Shown here in pieces: positions 1 through 8,721 of a stretch of DNA of 34,998 bases. The notes under the pieces were generated by a model. The model saw nothing but the letters and a program-made list of their open reading frames with translations. It did no database searches and was not told where the DNA came from. Made by a program: the position numbers and the translations under genes. How positions within the stretch are numbered: position 1 is the stretch's first letter; each line of letters starts with the position of its first letter. Source of the stretch: an uncultured Ktedonobacterales bacterium (lineage in GTDB: Bacteria; Chloroflexota; Ktedonobacteria; Ktedonobacterales; JADMIN01); NCBI GenBank assembly GCA_964416775.1, contig CAYQFU010000007.1, positions 1,420 to 36,417 of the forward strand, in the 5' to 3' direction.

Positions 1-108
1 ACGCCGATCGGCAACAGTGCCGTCCTGGCCGTCGCCTGGTGCGCTGGCCTCACCCTGGTCGGATTCCTGTGGGCGCGAGCAGTCTACAACCACGATCCCG
101 TACGGTAG
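1..108 (+). CDS. ABC-2 type transporter permease, 3' end (partial)
   Basis: Frame 1 reads TPIGNSAVLAVAWCAGLTLVGFLWARAVYNHDPVR*, resembling the last TM helix of DrrB-like ABC-2 permeases; TAG at 106-108. Confidence 0.7.
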   Translation, partial: TPIGNSAVLAVAWCAGLTLVGFLWARAVYNHDPVR

Positions 109-179
109 GCAAGTGGAACGGGCCGCAGGTCGCAGCCAGGTGCAGCGCCTGAGTGAACCGCGTAGGTGCATCAGGTGGG

Positions 180-611
180 TCAGGACGGCCGGCGGTGCGT
201 GCCGTCGGGGTGCTGGTGGCGTCGCCAAAACTCATCAGGTGTCGCCACGATCACCCCCAGGCGATCGCGGTACCGCAGCAGGTGGTCGTCGTTGGAGATC
301 AGCGTGGCACCGGCGGCGTGGGCCAGGGCGGCAAACTTGCGGTCATCCGGATCCGGGATCTCCGCGAACTGCTCGGGATAGGTTGCGTCGGCGAAGCGGT
401 CCAAGGGATGGAAGAGGTCCGCAATGGCGTGTGTGCGGAGGGGCGGGATTTGCCGCACGATCCGTTCGGTCTCCCGGCGGGTGGCATCGTTCCACACCAT
501 CCGTAGCTGGCCCCGCTTCACGGCATCCACAATCCGCGCGGATGCGCTGCGGGGGTTGAACCCGGCCGCGACAAAGACATTCGTATCCAACACCACAGGC
601 GGCGCTGGCAT
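180..611 (-). CDS. PIN-domain protein (putative TA toxin / ribonuclease)
   Basis: N-terminal VVLDTNVFVAA, later DPDDRKFAALA and LISNDDHLL (PIN acidic motifs); AAGGAG RBS upstream. Confidence 0.85.
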   Translation of the reverse strand: MPAPPVVLDTNVFVAAGFNPRSASARIVDAVKRGQLRMVWNDATRRETERIVRQIPPLRTHAIADLFHPLDRFADATYPEQFAEIPDPDDRKFAALAHAAGATLISNDDHLLRYRDRLGVIVATPDEFWRRHQHPDGTHRRPS

Positions 612-935
612 GCGACCGCTCCTTCTGCAACTGCCACTCCCTCGGGCTATGCGACTATTCTATCGCCCGGACCAGCGGCAAGACGCGCACCGCCGAACTC
701 ACCTCGAACGGTTCAGGAGAGCATGTTACTCACAGCCGCGTTCCACGTACATATGAAGCGAGTGGCGTCTCATCCTGGCATGACACTTGCCCGGTGAGAG
801 AGCCAAAAACGCAGGCCCATCTTCTGAAGCCGCGCTTCGTCAGCGCCAGACGTGCGGCACTGATGGTCTGCCCGTGGGCAATGCTGCCAGCAAGTGAACC
901 GGCATCTCCAGTGCCGGATGCGAGTAGCCACCGCT

Positions 936-1655
936 ATGAATCGCGAGTATCATCGCTGGCTCAGCCCATCCCTCGGGCGGGATATGGAGCTTCTGGTCTT
1001 CGGCCACGCGGGCGCTCGGGTGCTCGCCTTTCCCACGTCGCAGGGACGCTTCTACCAGTGGGAAGACTTCGGCATGGTCGGCGCCCTGCGCGAGCACCTG
1101 GACCGGGGCTGGATCCAGCTGTTCTGCGTGGACAGCGTGGACAGTGAAAGCTGGTACGCGCGACACCTGGCGCCTGAGGATCGCGCCCGCCGGAATACGC
1201 AGTACGACCGCTACCTCGAGGTCGAGGTGCTGCCATTCACGGCCGGCCGCAATGCCAACCCGTTCTTGATCACAACCGGGCCGAGCTTCGGCGCCTATCA
1301 TGCCGTCAACTTCGCCTTCCGCCATCCGCAGCTCGTCAATCGAGTCATCGGCATGAGCGGGATCTATGACATCAGCCGCTTCGCCGGTGGCCGTACAGAC
1401 GGCGAGATCTACTTCCACAACCCCTGCGCCTACATGGCCGGCGAACAGGACCCAGAACGGCTAGCAGCCCTGCGCCGCCAGGATATCATCCTGGCCGTCG
1501 GGCGTACCGATCAGGCGAGCGCCAGTAACGAACAGCTCTCCGGGCTCCTCTGGAGCAAAGACATCTGGCATGCCCTGCGCATGTGGGACGGCTGGGCGCA
1601 CGATTGGCAGTACTGGCAGCGCATGATCCAGCTCTACATCGGCGGCCACGATTAA
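936..1655 (+). CDS. Alpha/beta-hydrolase, esterase family
   Basis: MNREYHRWLSPSLGRDMELLVFGHAG start; nucleophile elbow GPSFG; C-terminal AHDW catalytic His. Confidence 0.85.
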   Translation: MNREYHRWLSPSLGRDMELLVFGHAGARVLAFPTSQGRFYQWEDFGMVGALREHLDRGWIQLFCVDSVDSESWYARHLAPEDRARRNTQYDRYLEVEVLPFTAGRNANPFLITTGPSFGAYHAVNFAFRHPQLVNRVIGMSGIYDISRFAGGRTDGEIYFHNPCAYMAGEQDPERLAALRRQDIILAVGRTDQASASNEQLSGLLWSKDIWHALRMWDGWAHDWQYWQRMIQLYIGGHD

Positions 1656-1697
1656 CGCAGCCGAGCAGGCAGACAGGCAGAGAGTGAGGGCGCACCC

Positions 1698-2678
1698 ATG
1701 ACGGCGAAGGTAGGACTGATCGTCGGACGAGAGTGGTCGTTTCCTCCCGCGTTTATCGAGGAGGTCAATCGGCGAGACGAGGGTGTGGTGGCCGAATATG
1801 CCCAGCTGGGCGGCACACGCATGGACGAGCCCTGCCCGTACGCCGTACTCATCGACCGCATCTCACATGAGGTGCCCTATTACCGGTCCTACTTGAAATA
1901 CGCCGTGCTGCAGGGCGTAACGGTGGTCAATAATCCGTTCATGTGGACGGCAGATGACAAGTTCTTCGAGGCGGCGCTGGCGACCAAGCTGGGCGTGGCC
2001 AGCCCGAAGACGGTCGTCCTGCCGAACAAAGACTACGTGCCAGGGATCATCCATCCGGACAGCCTGCGCAACCTGATCTACCCCATCGACTGGCAGGGCA
2101 TCGTCGACTATGTTGGCCTACCGTGCATCTTGAAGGATGCCCATGGCGGCGGCTGGAAGGAGGTCCACGTCTGCCGCACGCTGGACGAGCTGCTCGAACG
2201 GTACAACCAGTCAGGACTGCTGACGATGATCGTCCAGGAATACATCGAGTGGGAACATTTCGTCCGCTGCATCTGTCTGGGCCAGGAGGAAGTCCTGCCC
2301 ATCAAATACGATCCGCGCGCGCGCACTTATCATGTCGAGCATCAGCATCTGACGCCAGAGCTGGGCGCGCGCATCGTGGCGGGCTCGCTCAAGCTCGTCC
2401 GCGCGCTGGGCTACGACATGAACTCCATCGAGTGGGCCATCCGCGACGGCATCCCCTATGCCATCGACTTCATGAATCCCGCTCCGGACATGGACATCAA
2501 CTCGTTGACCCCTGTCTACTTCGACTGGGCCGTCAAACACATGGCAGATATGGCGATTCGGCTGGCCAAGCATCCACGCCCCCAGCTGCAGGAGCTGCGC
2601 TGGGCAAGCGTCCTGACGGCTGGGCGGCACGATGAGACGCCATCAGCCAGTCCGGTGGAGGCGAGCACAGCGCCGTGA
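1698..2678 (+). CDS. RimK/glutathione-synthetase-like ATP-grasp ligase
   Basis: DDKFF, ILKDAHGGGWKEV, IVQEYI and AIDFMNPAP ATP-grasp motifs; GAGGG RBS. Confidence 0.85.
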   Translation: MTAKVGLIVGREWSFPPAFIEEVNRRDEGVVAEYAQLGGTRMDEPCPYAVLIDRISHEVPYYRSYLKYAVLQGVTVVNNPFMWTADDKFFEAALATKLGVASPKTVVLPNKDYVPGIIHPDSLRNLIYPIDWQGIVDYVGLPCILKDAHGGGWKEVHVCRTLDELLERYNQSGLLTMIVQEYIEWEHFVRCICLGQEEVLPIKYDPRARTYHVEHQHLTPELGARIVAGSLKLVRALGYDMNSIEWAIRDGIPYAIDFMNPAPDMDINSLTPVYFDWAVKHMADMAIRLAKHPRPQLQELRWASVLTAGRHDETPSASPVEASTAP

Positions 2679-2744
2679 CGGACCGGATTCGTACCACTCC
2701 CATTCGATGATCGTGGCTTGTCTGCCCGCCGCTGGAGGTACACC

Positions 2745-4109
2745 ATGACTGGCCTGGGGGACGCGATCGAAACGTATCATGGGCTGCTGAGTGATCAGTT
2801 GGCGGCCGACAGTTGGGCGCAGCTCAACGAGCAACAGCAGCGGCGCGGACTGCGGTTTGGAGAGCGACCGCTGTGCACCGTGCTGCGCCCGCGCTTTATG
2901 TCCCCCGAGCAGTATCGGTTCCTGCAGCGACGCGTCGCGATCGTGTTGGGCGCGCTGGCCAAGGTGCACCGTCGCGCCATGGCCGATCCCGCCTTCCGCG
3001 CGCCATTTGGCCTGTGCGAGTGGGAGGAGGCGCTCATCCAGGTGGATCGCGGGTTCCACGCCCCCAGCCCCACGTCGCGGCTGGACACGTTTCTGCTCCC
3101 CGACCGCGACGACTTCGCCATCACCGAGTACAACGCCGAGACGCCCGCCGCCCAAGCGTACAATGACGTGCTCTCGGACGTGTTCGTCACACTGCCCGTG
3201 ATGCGCGCGTTTCTGCGTCGCTACCAGGCGCGTCCGCTGCTCGCGCGCTATCGGCTGCTGAACGCGCTGTTAGATAGCTTCCAGGAGTGGTCGGGGCAGT
3301 CGCATCATGCCCCATCCATTGCGATCCTCGACTGGCGTGAGGTGCCCACCTACAGCGAGCATCTCCTCTTCCAGGACTATTTCCGGTCGCATGGCCTGCG
3401 GTGCATCACGGCCGACCCTCGCGAGGTGGAATACCGGGACGGGCGGCTGGTAGCGGGCGACTTCCACATCACCCTGATCTACAAGCGCGTGCTCCTTAGC
3501 GAGCTCATCGACCGGGGCGGGCTGGACCACCCTGTGGTCCGCGCGGTCCGCGATGGGGCCGTCTGTATGGTCAATCCCTTCGCGTGCAAGATTCTGCACA
3601 AGAAGGCGAGCCTGGGCGTGCTCAGCGATGAGCGTAATGCCGAGCTCTTCACGGCCGAGGAGCGCCAGGCGATTGCCCAGCACGTTCCCTGGACGCGACG
3701 GGTGGAGGAACGCTGGACGCGCTTTGGGGACCAGACGATCGACCTGATGCCCTTCATCCTGGAGCAGCGCGAGCGCCTGGTGCTGAAAGCCAACGACGAA
3801 TATGGCGGCAAAGGCATCGTGCTGGGCTGGCTAACGGCACCCGCGGACTGGGAGCGCGCCGCACGGACAGCCCTTGCCGAGCCCTTCGTCGTGCAGGAGC
3901 GCATCACCATCCCGAGCGAAGCGTATCCGAGTCTGCGCGACGGCCGGTTGGAGCTGCATGAGCGCATCATGGATACGGCACCATTCATCTATGACGGCGT
4001 TGTTATGGACGGCTGCCTGACGCGCCTCTCGACGGACCCGTTGGTGAACGTGACGGCGGGTGGAGGCTCGACGGTGCCGACGTTTGTGGTGGAGCCGCTC
4101 GAGCGGTAA
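2745..4109 (+). CDS. Circularly permuted ATP-grasp ligase (type 2-like)
   Basis: SRLD...EYNAETPA precede VLKANDEYGGKGIVLG, VVQER and VNVTAGG (permuted motif order); GGAGG RBS before ATG 2745. Confidence 0.8.
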   Translation: MTGLGDAIETYHGLLSDQLAADSWAQLNEQQQRRGLRFGERPLCTVLRPRFMSPEQYRFLQRRVAIVLGALAKVHRRAMADPAFRAPFGLCEWEEALIQVDRGFHAPSPTSRLDTFLLPDRDDFAITEYNAETPAAQAYNDVLSDVFVTLPVMRAFLRRYQARPLLARYRLLNALLDSFQEWSGQSHHAPSIAILDWREVPTYSEHLLFQDYFRSHGLRCITADPREVEYRDGRLVAGDFHITLIYKRVLLSELIDRGGLDHPVVRAVRDGAVCMVNPFACKILHKKASLGVLSDERNAELFTAEERQAIAQHVPWTRRVEERWTRFGDQTIDLMPFILEQRERLVLKANDEYGGKGIVLGWLTAPADWERAARTALAEPFVVQERITIPSEAYPSLRDGRLELHERIMDTAPFIYDGVVMDGCLTRLSTDPLVNVTAGGGSTVPTFVVEPLER

Positions 4110-4208
4110 TGACGGCATCGAGAGCGCGCGCAACCCGAGCAGCGCGCACGACACACCCCGCTATAGACCGCGGAACGCGTTCGACATCGTGGGAAGCAGG
4201 TGACAAGC

Positions 4209-5321
4209 ATGAACGCCCCAACGCTGACGATCGGCATCGAGGAAGAGTATCAGATCATCGATCCGGAGACGCGGGAGCTGCGCTCGTACATCACGGAGAT
4301 GCTGCAGGAGGGCGAGCTCGTCCTGCACGAGCAGATCAAGCCCGAGCTGCACCAATCCATGGTCGAGGTCGGCAGCCATGTGTGTCAAACGCCGGCAGAG
4401 CTGCGTGCGGAGCTCGTGCGCTTGCGCCGGACGCTCATGGAGCTGGCGGCAAAGCAAGGCTTGAAGATCGTGGCCGCGGGCACGCATCCCTTTTCCTCCT
4501 GGCTCAAGCAGGAGATCACGCCGTACGAGCGCTATCTGGGCGTGCGCAAAGACATGCAGCAGCTCGCCGAGCAGCTGCTCATCTTCGGTACCCACGTCCA
4601 TATCGGCATCGAGGATCGCGAGTTCTTGATCGACGTGATGAACGTCGCGCGCTACATGCTGCCGCACCTGCTCTGCCTCTCCTCCAGCTCCCCATTCTGG
4701 ATGGGACGGGACACCGGCCTGAAGTCATACCGCAGCGTCATCTGGCGTAACTTTCCCCGGACGGGCATCCCGCGCGTATTCGACTCCTGGGCGGACCTAT
4801 CGGGGCTGGTCGATATGATGGTGGTGACGAACTGTATCCAGGATGGCACCAAGCTCTGGTGGGACCTGCGCCCGAATTGGAAATTCCCCACGCTGGAGTT
4901 CCGCATCTGCGATGTCTGCACGCGTGTGGACGAGGCCGTCTGTCTGGTCGCGATCCTGCAGGCCATCGTCGCCAAGCTCTGGAAGCTGCGACGCGATAAC
5001 CTCACGTTTCGCGTGTACCCGACTGATTGGATCGAAGAGAACAAGTGGCGCGCCGTGCGGTTCGGCCTCGACGGCAAGCTCATCGATTTCGGCAAGCGGG
5101 AGGAGCTGCCCACGCGAGACCTCATCCGCGAGCTGATCGAGTGGTTCCTGGATGACGTGCTGGACGACCTGGGCAGCCGGCAGGAGGTCGCGTACGCCTA
5201 CCGCATCCTGGACGAGGGCTCCAGCGCTGACCGCCAGCTCGCGACGTTCCGGCGCACGGGCAATCTCAGCGACGTGGTGGACCAGCTCATCCGCGAAACC
5301 GCCGAGGGCCTGGAAGCGTGA
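4209..5321 (+). CDS. ybdK: Carboxylate-amine ligase, GCS2/YbdK family (glutamate-cysteine ligase 2-like)
   Basis: TIGIEEEYQ, AAGTHPF, FGTHVHIG, WWDLRP, TLEFRICD, ENKWRAVRFGLDG. Alternative GTG start at 4200. Confidence 0.9.
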   Translation: MNAPTLTIGIEEEYQIIDPETRELRSYITEMLQEGELVLHEQIKPELHQSMVEVGSHVCQTPAELRAELVRLRRTLMELAAKQGLKIVAAGTHPFSSWLKQEITPYERYLGVRKDMQQLAEQLLIFGTHVHIGIEDREFLIDVMNVARYMLPHLLCLSSSSPFWMGRDTGLKSYRSVIWRNFPRTGIPRVFDSWADLSGLVDMMVVTNCIQDGTKLWWDLRPNWKFPTLEFRICDVCTRVDEAVCLVAILQAIVAKLWKLRRDNLTFRVYPTDWIEENKWRAVRFGLDGKLIDFGKREELPTRDLIRELIEWFLDDVLDDLGSRQEVAYAYRILDEGSSADRQLATFRRTGNLSDVVDQLIRETAEGLEA

Positions 5322-5408
5322 ATCCGGCGACCTCAAGTCCCGCTCGCCGCGCGCGACGTAAGCAGCCGCGGTGGCGGTCTGTCGCCTACGCGTAGTACTA
5401 AGCTAACG

Positions 5409-5912
5409 GTGTATGTTATGTTGTTCCTAAGCCTCCTCTTCTGGGGATTTCTGGCGTCATTCGTCATTCACATCCTCGACGAGGCGCTGCTCAACGGCGG
5501 GTTTGTGCAGTGGATCGTAGACAACTTCTGGCCTACCTATCGCATGCGGATGTTCTTTTGGTTCAACGCCGCGGCGATTGGAGCGATCGCGGTCAGCAAC
5601 ATTCTCTTTGACAGTTTCGGCGGCCACTGGGTCATCCTGCCACTGATCTGGGTGGCAGGATTCGTCACCCACGCTCTGACCGTCCACGTGTATTGGACGA
5701 TGCGTCGCAACACCTACTCGCCGGGCTTGCTCACGAGCCTCCTCTATGTAATCGTCTTCTACCTCGTGATCCGATATGGCGTCGGCCGCCATCTCATTAC
5801 CGGTGCGGATTTCGCGATCGGGACGACGGTGGGCGTTGTGACGGTGGGGACGTTCTTGACCATGGGGCCGACCGTGCTCTTCCCCAGGCTTACACGTCAG
5901 CGTCGCTCGTGA
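5409..5912 (+). CDS. HXXEE-family membrane protein
   Basis: About 5 hydrophobic segments, HILDE (HxxEE variant) and YSPGLLTS motif; start may be 5418. Confidence 0.7.
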   Translation: MYVMLFLSLLFWGFLASFVIHILDEALLNGGFVQWIVDNFWPTYRMRMFFWFNAAAIGAIAVSNILFDSFGGHWVILPLIWVAGFVTHALTVHVYWTMRRNTYSPGLLTSLLYVIVFYLVIRYGVGRHLITGADFAIGTTVGVVTVGTFLTMGPTVLFPRLTRQRRS

Positions 5913-6115
5913 TACAGCAGCAAATGGGAGCATCCTCAGCGCATGCCGCAGTCACGCCGCCGCCATTCTGCCGAGCTCCAACCACATAGGTTAGCGGCTC
6001 TCGCTTGGCGCAATCCCAGGAATCCTGGGCAACTGCTGCTTGAGTAGTCGGCGTGCCACGGTCTGGGTGCGGACGCGAGGCTGAAGCTAGCCTCGCCCGC
6101 TCGCTTGTGTCTGTC

Positions 6116-6124
6116 TGCTAGACT
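6116..6124 (+). promoter_or_regulatory. Candidate extended -10 (TGCTAGACT)
   Basis: TGn-TAnnnT about 50 nt before the esterase start; the same TGCTAnnnT pattern recurs at 16085 and 26884. Confidence 0.35.
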
Positions 6125-6176
6125 GATATGGAGAGGATGCGGGGTCGACGTGTGGGCGGGGTGTGAAGGAGGAGGA

Positions 6177-7226
6177 GTGCACACGAATCTGGTTGAACGT
6201 GCGTTGCGCGAGGGCACACCACTACTCGATGGCGAAATGGCCACATTTGTCTGGTCCGGTGATTGGGCTCCACGACTGATCGGCGATTTCAACCGCTGGG
6301 GGGCGGAGCCGGCGCTCGAGCTGCGTCCGGTGGCGCCGGGCCTCTGGGCACGCACCCTCTCGTTGCCGCGCGATGCCTACATCGAGTATGCCTATACACA
6401 GGATGGCGGGCGCCTGTCCGATCCCTTCAATCCGCGCAACGTCGGCAATGGTCTGGGCGCCCGCAATCACTACTTCTTCATGCCGGATGCCGCTCCAGCG
6501 CCCTGGATCGGCCGTGAGCGCGGCCGGACGCATGGCAGGCTGACACGGCATGTCGTGCACGCCGACCACGTCATGGTGGGTGGCGAGCGCATGGTGTACC
6601 TGTATCGTCCGCCCGTCTCCGGTCAGTATCCGTTGCTGATCGTGCTGGACGGCCCGGACTATTTGCGGCGCGCTCGGCTGGCACGGATGGTGGACACCCT
6701 GATCGCGCACGGGCGCATCCGTCCCCTGGCGCTGGCCATGGTGGCCAATGGCGGTCAGGCGCGCTACGTCGAATATGCCAGCAATGACAGCACGGTCGCG
6801 TTCCTGCTCAGTTGTGTCCTGCCGCTGGCGCGCGAGCGGCTGAACCTGCTCGACCTGGCCGCCCACCCAGGGGCACACGGCCTGCTCGGGGCGTCGATGG
6901 GCGGGCTCGGCGCGCTCTACACGGCGCTGCGCGCCCCTGAGGTGTTTGGGCATGCCATCAGCCAGTCCGGAGCATTCGCCCTCGGTGCCCTGGGGAAAGA
7001 TCCGGTCGTCTTCGACCTCATTCGTCACACGCCGCGCCAGCCGGTAAAGGTATGGATGGACGTCGGCACCTACGAGCAGCTGCTCCCGGCCAACCGGCGT
7101 ATGCATGCGCTGCTGCGTGAGCGGGGCTACGACGTCACGTACCGAGAATATCACGGTGGACACAACTACTCGGCGTGGCGCGATGACGTGTGGCGCGGTC
7201 TGGAAGCCGTGTACGGCGCAGGCTGA
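6177..7226 (+). CDS. Fes/enterochelin-esterase-like hydrolase with N-terminal E-set (CBM48-like) domain
   Basis: LIGDFNRW...EYAY...DPFNP N-domain; LDGPDY, GASMGG nucleophile, SQSGAF, GGHNY; GTG start after AAGGAGGA. Confidence 0.85.
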   Translation: MHTNLVERALREGTPLLDGEMATFVWSGDWAPRLIGDFNRWGAEPALELRPVAPGLWARTLSLPRDAYIEYAYTQDGGRLSDPFNPRNVGNGLGARNHYFFMPDAAPAPWIGRERGRTHGRLTRHVVHADHVMVGGERMVYLYRPPVSGQYPLLIVLDGPDYLRRARLARMVDTLIAHGRIRPLALAMVANGGQARYVEYASNDSTVAFLLSCVLPLARERLNLLDLAAHPGAHGLLGASMGGLGALYTALRAPEVFGHAISQSGAFALGALGKDPVVFDLIRHTPRQPVKVWMDVGTYEQLLPANRRMHALLRERGYDVTYREYHGGHNYSAWRDDVWRGLEAVYGAG

Positions 7227-7362
7227 GCGCCCATCCGATGGCTTATGGGCATGAGAGCATCGCCGGGCGTCACCAACCGATGCGGCATGTGGCATCCTTG
7301 GACCGTCCGACTGGTATACGCGGTCGAGCCCGGTCCTGCCTTGTGCTCCAATGGACAGCCGC

Positions 7363-8613
7363 TCACGCCTGATCGGCGGCAGCGGCGCCTCCGCCGGACG
7401 TGTCACGGAAGACGGAGAGGTCGGTGGCAGGCGGCAAGCTCGCAAAGAAGTCGGCCGCGAAGCGGCGGCTGTAGTCGTCGAGCAACGCCTGGATACGCTC
7501 AGGATCCTGGGCTGCCAGCACAAAGCCCGCGTGCTGGCGCCGGTCCAGTCGATGGACGATCTCGGGATCCTGGTAGGCTGACGTGTCGGGATACTCCTGC
7601 CGCGCGAGCGTGATGATGACGCCGCCGTACTGGTCTCGGCGCGCCGGTAGGTGATATGCGTCGTCGGGTTGCGCAAGCTCGATCCTGGCCCATTCGCGCC
7701 ACAGGTTGATGCCGGTCGCGGCTTCGACCATCTCGGCGATATTCGCCCCGCCGACGCGAGCCCCAACTTCGAGAAAGTACATGCGGCCGTCCTCGCGGCC
7801 CTTGATGAATTCCATGTGGGCCGCCCCGTGGTCCATCCCCAATGCCTGGATGACCCGCTGGCAGAGCTCTTTCAGCGTGCGCTCGTCTTCGGAGCCGCGC
7901 GGCAGGGTGCGGGTGATGGCGATGCCGCCTTCGTGGAAGACGTCCAGGGGCGGGCGGCCGTACTGATGGGCCTCCGCGAAGATGACCGCCCCCTCGACGA
8001 TCAGCGCGTCGACGTGGTACACGCCGCCTGGGATGTAGCGCTCTAGCAGATGGAAGGATTGCCGGTCGCCTAGCTCGTCGAGGCGCGGCCAGAGCTCGTC
8101 TTGAGAGCTGATCCTGGTGATGCCGACCGTGGAGGCCTCGCCGCGCGGCTTGAGCACCCACGGTGCGGGCACGCGTGCCATGAACTCCTTGATCTCATCA
8201 TAGTTGACGACGCGGACGAAGTCCGGCACCGGAATGCCGGCTTCTCTGGCCTGGACACGCATCGCCAACTTGTCGTGAACGTAGCGCGCGGCGCTCGCGC
8301 CCATGCCGGGCATGCGCAGATGCTCCCGCAGGGCCGCCGCGGTCTCCACATCCGAGTCGTCCAGCGCCACGATGTGGTCGATGGCGCGCGTGCGGGCCAG
8401 ATAGCTGACGGCGCGAATGACCTCGTCCACGCGATGCAGGTCCGGCATATAGAACAGCTCGTCGATGCTCTCCCGAGGCCAGGCCGCATGCTCCAGGGCG
8501 ACCACGGTCAGCAGGATCACATGAGCGCCCTCGCGTTTGCATTCGCGGATGAACTCATGGCCCTTCTCGAAACTGGCGAGGCATAGCACGGTGCGCGGCG
8601 GGCGCGTCTCCAT
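7363..8613 (-). CDS. ATP-grasp domain ligase (L-amino-acid ligase/carboxylase-like)
   Basis: HDKLAMR, WVLKPR, LERYIPG, HMEF, FLEVGARVGG; AGGAG RBS. Confidence 0.85.
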   Translation of the reverse strand: METRPPRTVLCLASFEKGHEFIRECKREGAHVILLTVVALEHAAWPRESIDELFYMPDLHRVDEVIRAVSYLARTRAIDHIVALDDSDVETAAALREHLRMPGMGASAARYVHDKLAMRVQAREAGIPVPDFVRVVNYDEIKEFMARVPAPWVLKPRGEASTVGITRISSQDELWPRLDELGDRQSFHLLERYIPGGVYHVDALIVEGAVIFAEAHQYGRPPLDVFHEGGIAITRTLPRGSEDERTLKELCQRVIQALGMDHGAAHMEFIKGREDGRMYFLEVGARVGGANIAEMVEAATGINLWREWARIELAQPDDAYHLPARRDQYGGVIITLARQEYPDTSAYQDPEIVHRLDRRQHAGFVLAAQDPERIQALLDDYSRRFAADFFASLPPATDLSVFRDTSGGGAAAADQA

Positions 8614-8663
8614 GGTCGAGCTCCTGACGCTGCTGAACGAGGAAACGTCCTCGGGGCAGTCCT

Positions 8664-8680
8664 ATTGTACCCCTGGTACA
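8664..8680 (-). promoter_or_regulatory. -10 TACAAT overlapped by palindrome TGTACC-N3-GGTACA
   Basis: TACAAT (minus strand, 8669-8664) about 50 nt upstream of the ATP-grasp ATG; perfect 6-bp inverted repeat at 8666-8680. Confidence 0.35.
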
Positions 8681-8721
8681 TCCGACACCGCCGCCTCAGC
8701 GTGAGCATGTGAGGCAGGCAG

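Noticed and set aside
612-935. Possible RiPP (graspetide) precursor or antitoxin ORF upstream of the ligase cluster, e.g. MKRVASHPGMTLAR at 753-797
   Set aside because: No RBS, no acidic/Ser-Thr-Lys core repeats or leader motif; too short to support.
6222-7766. 514-aa minus-strand ORF
   Set aside because: Antisense/off-frame shadow of the esterase and ATP-grasp genes; typical of high-GC DNA.
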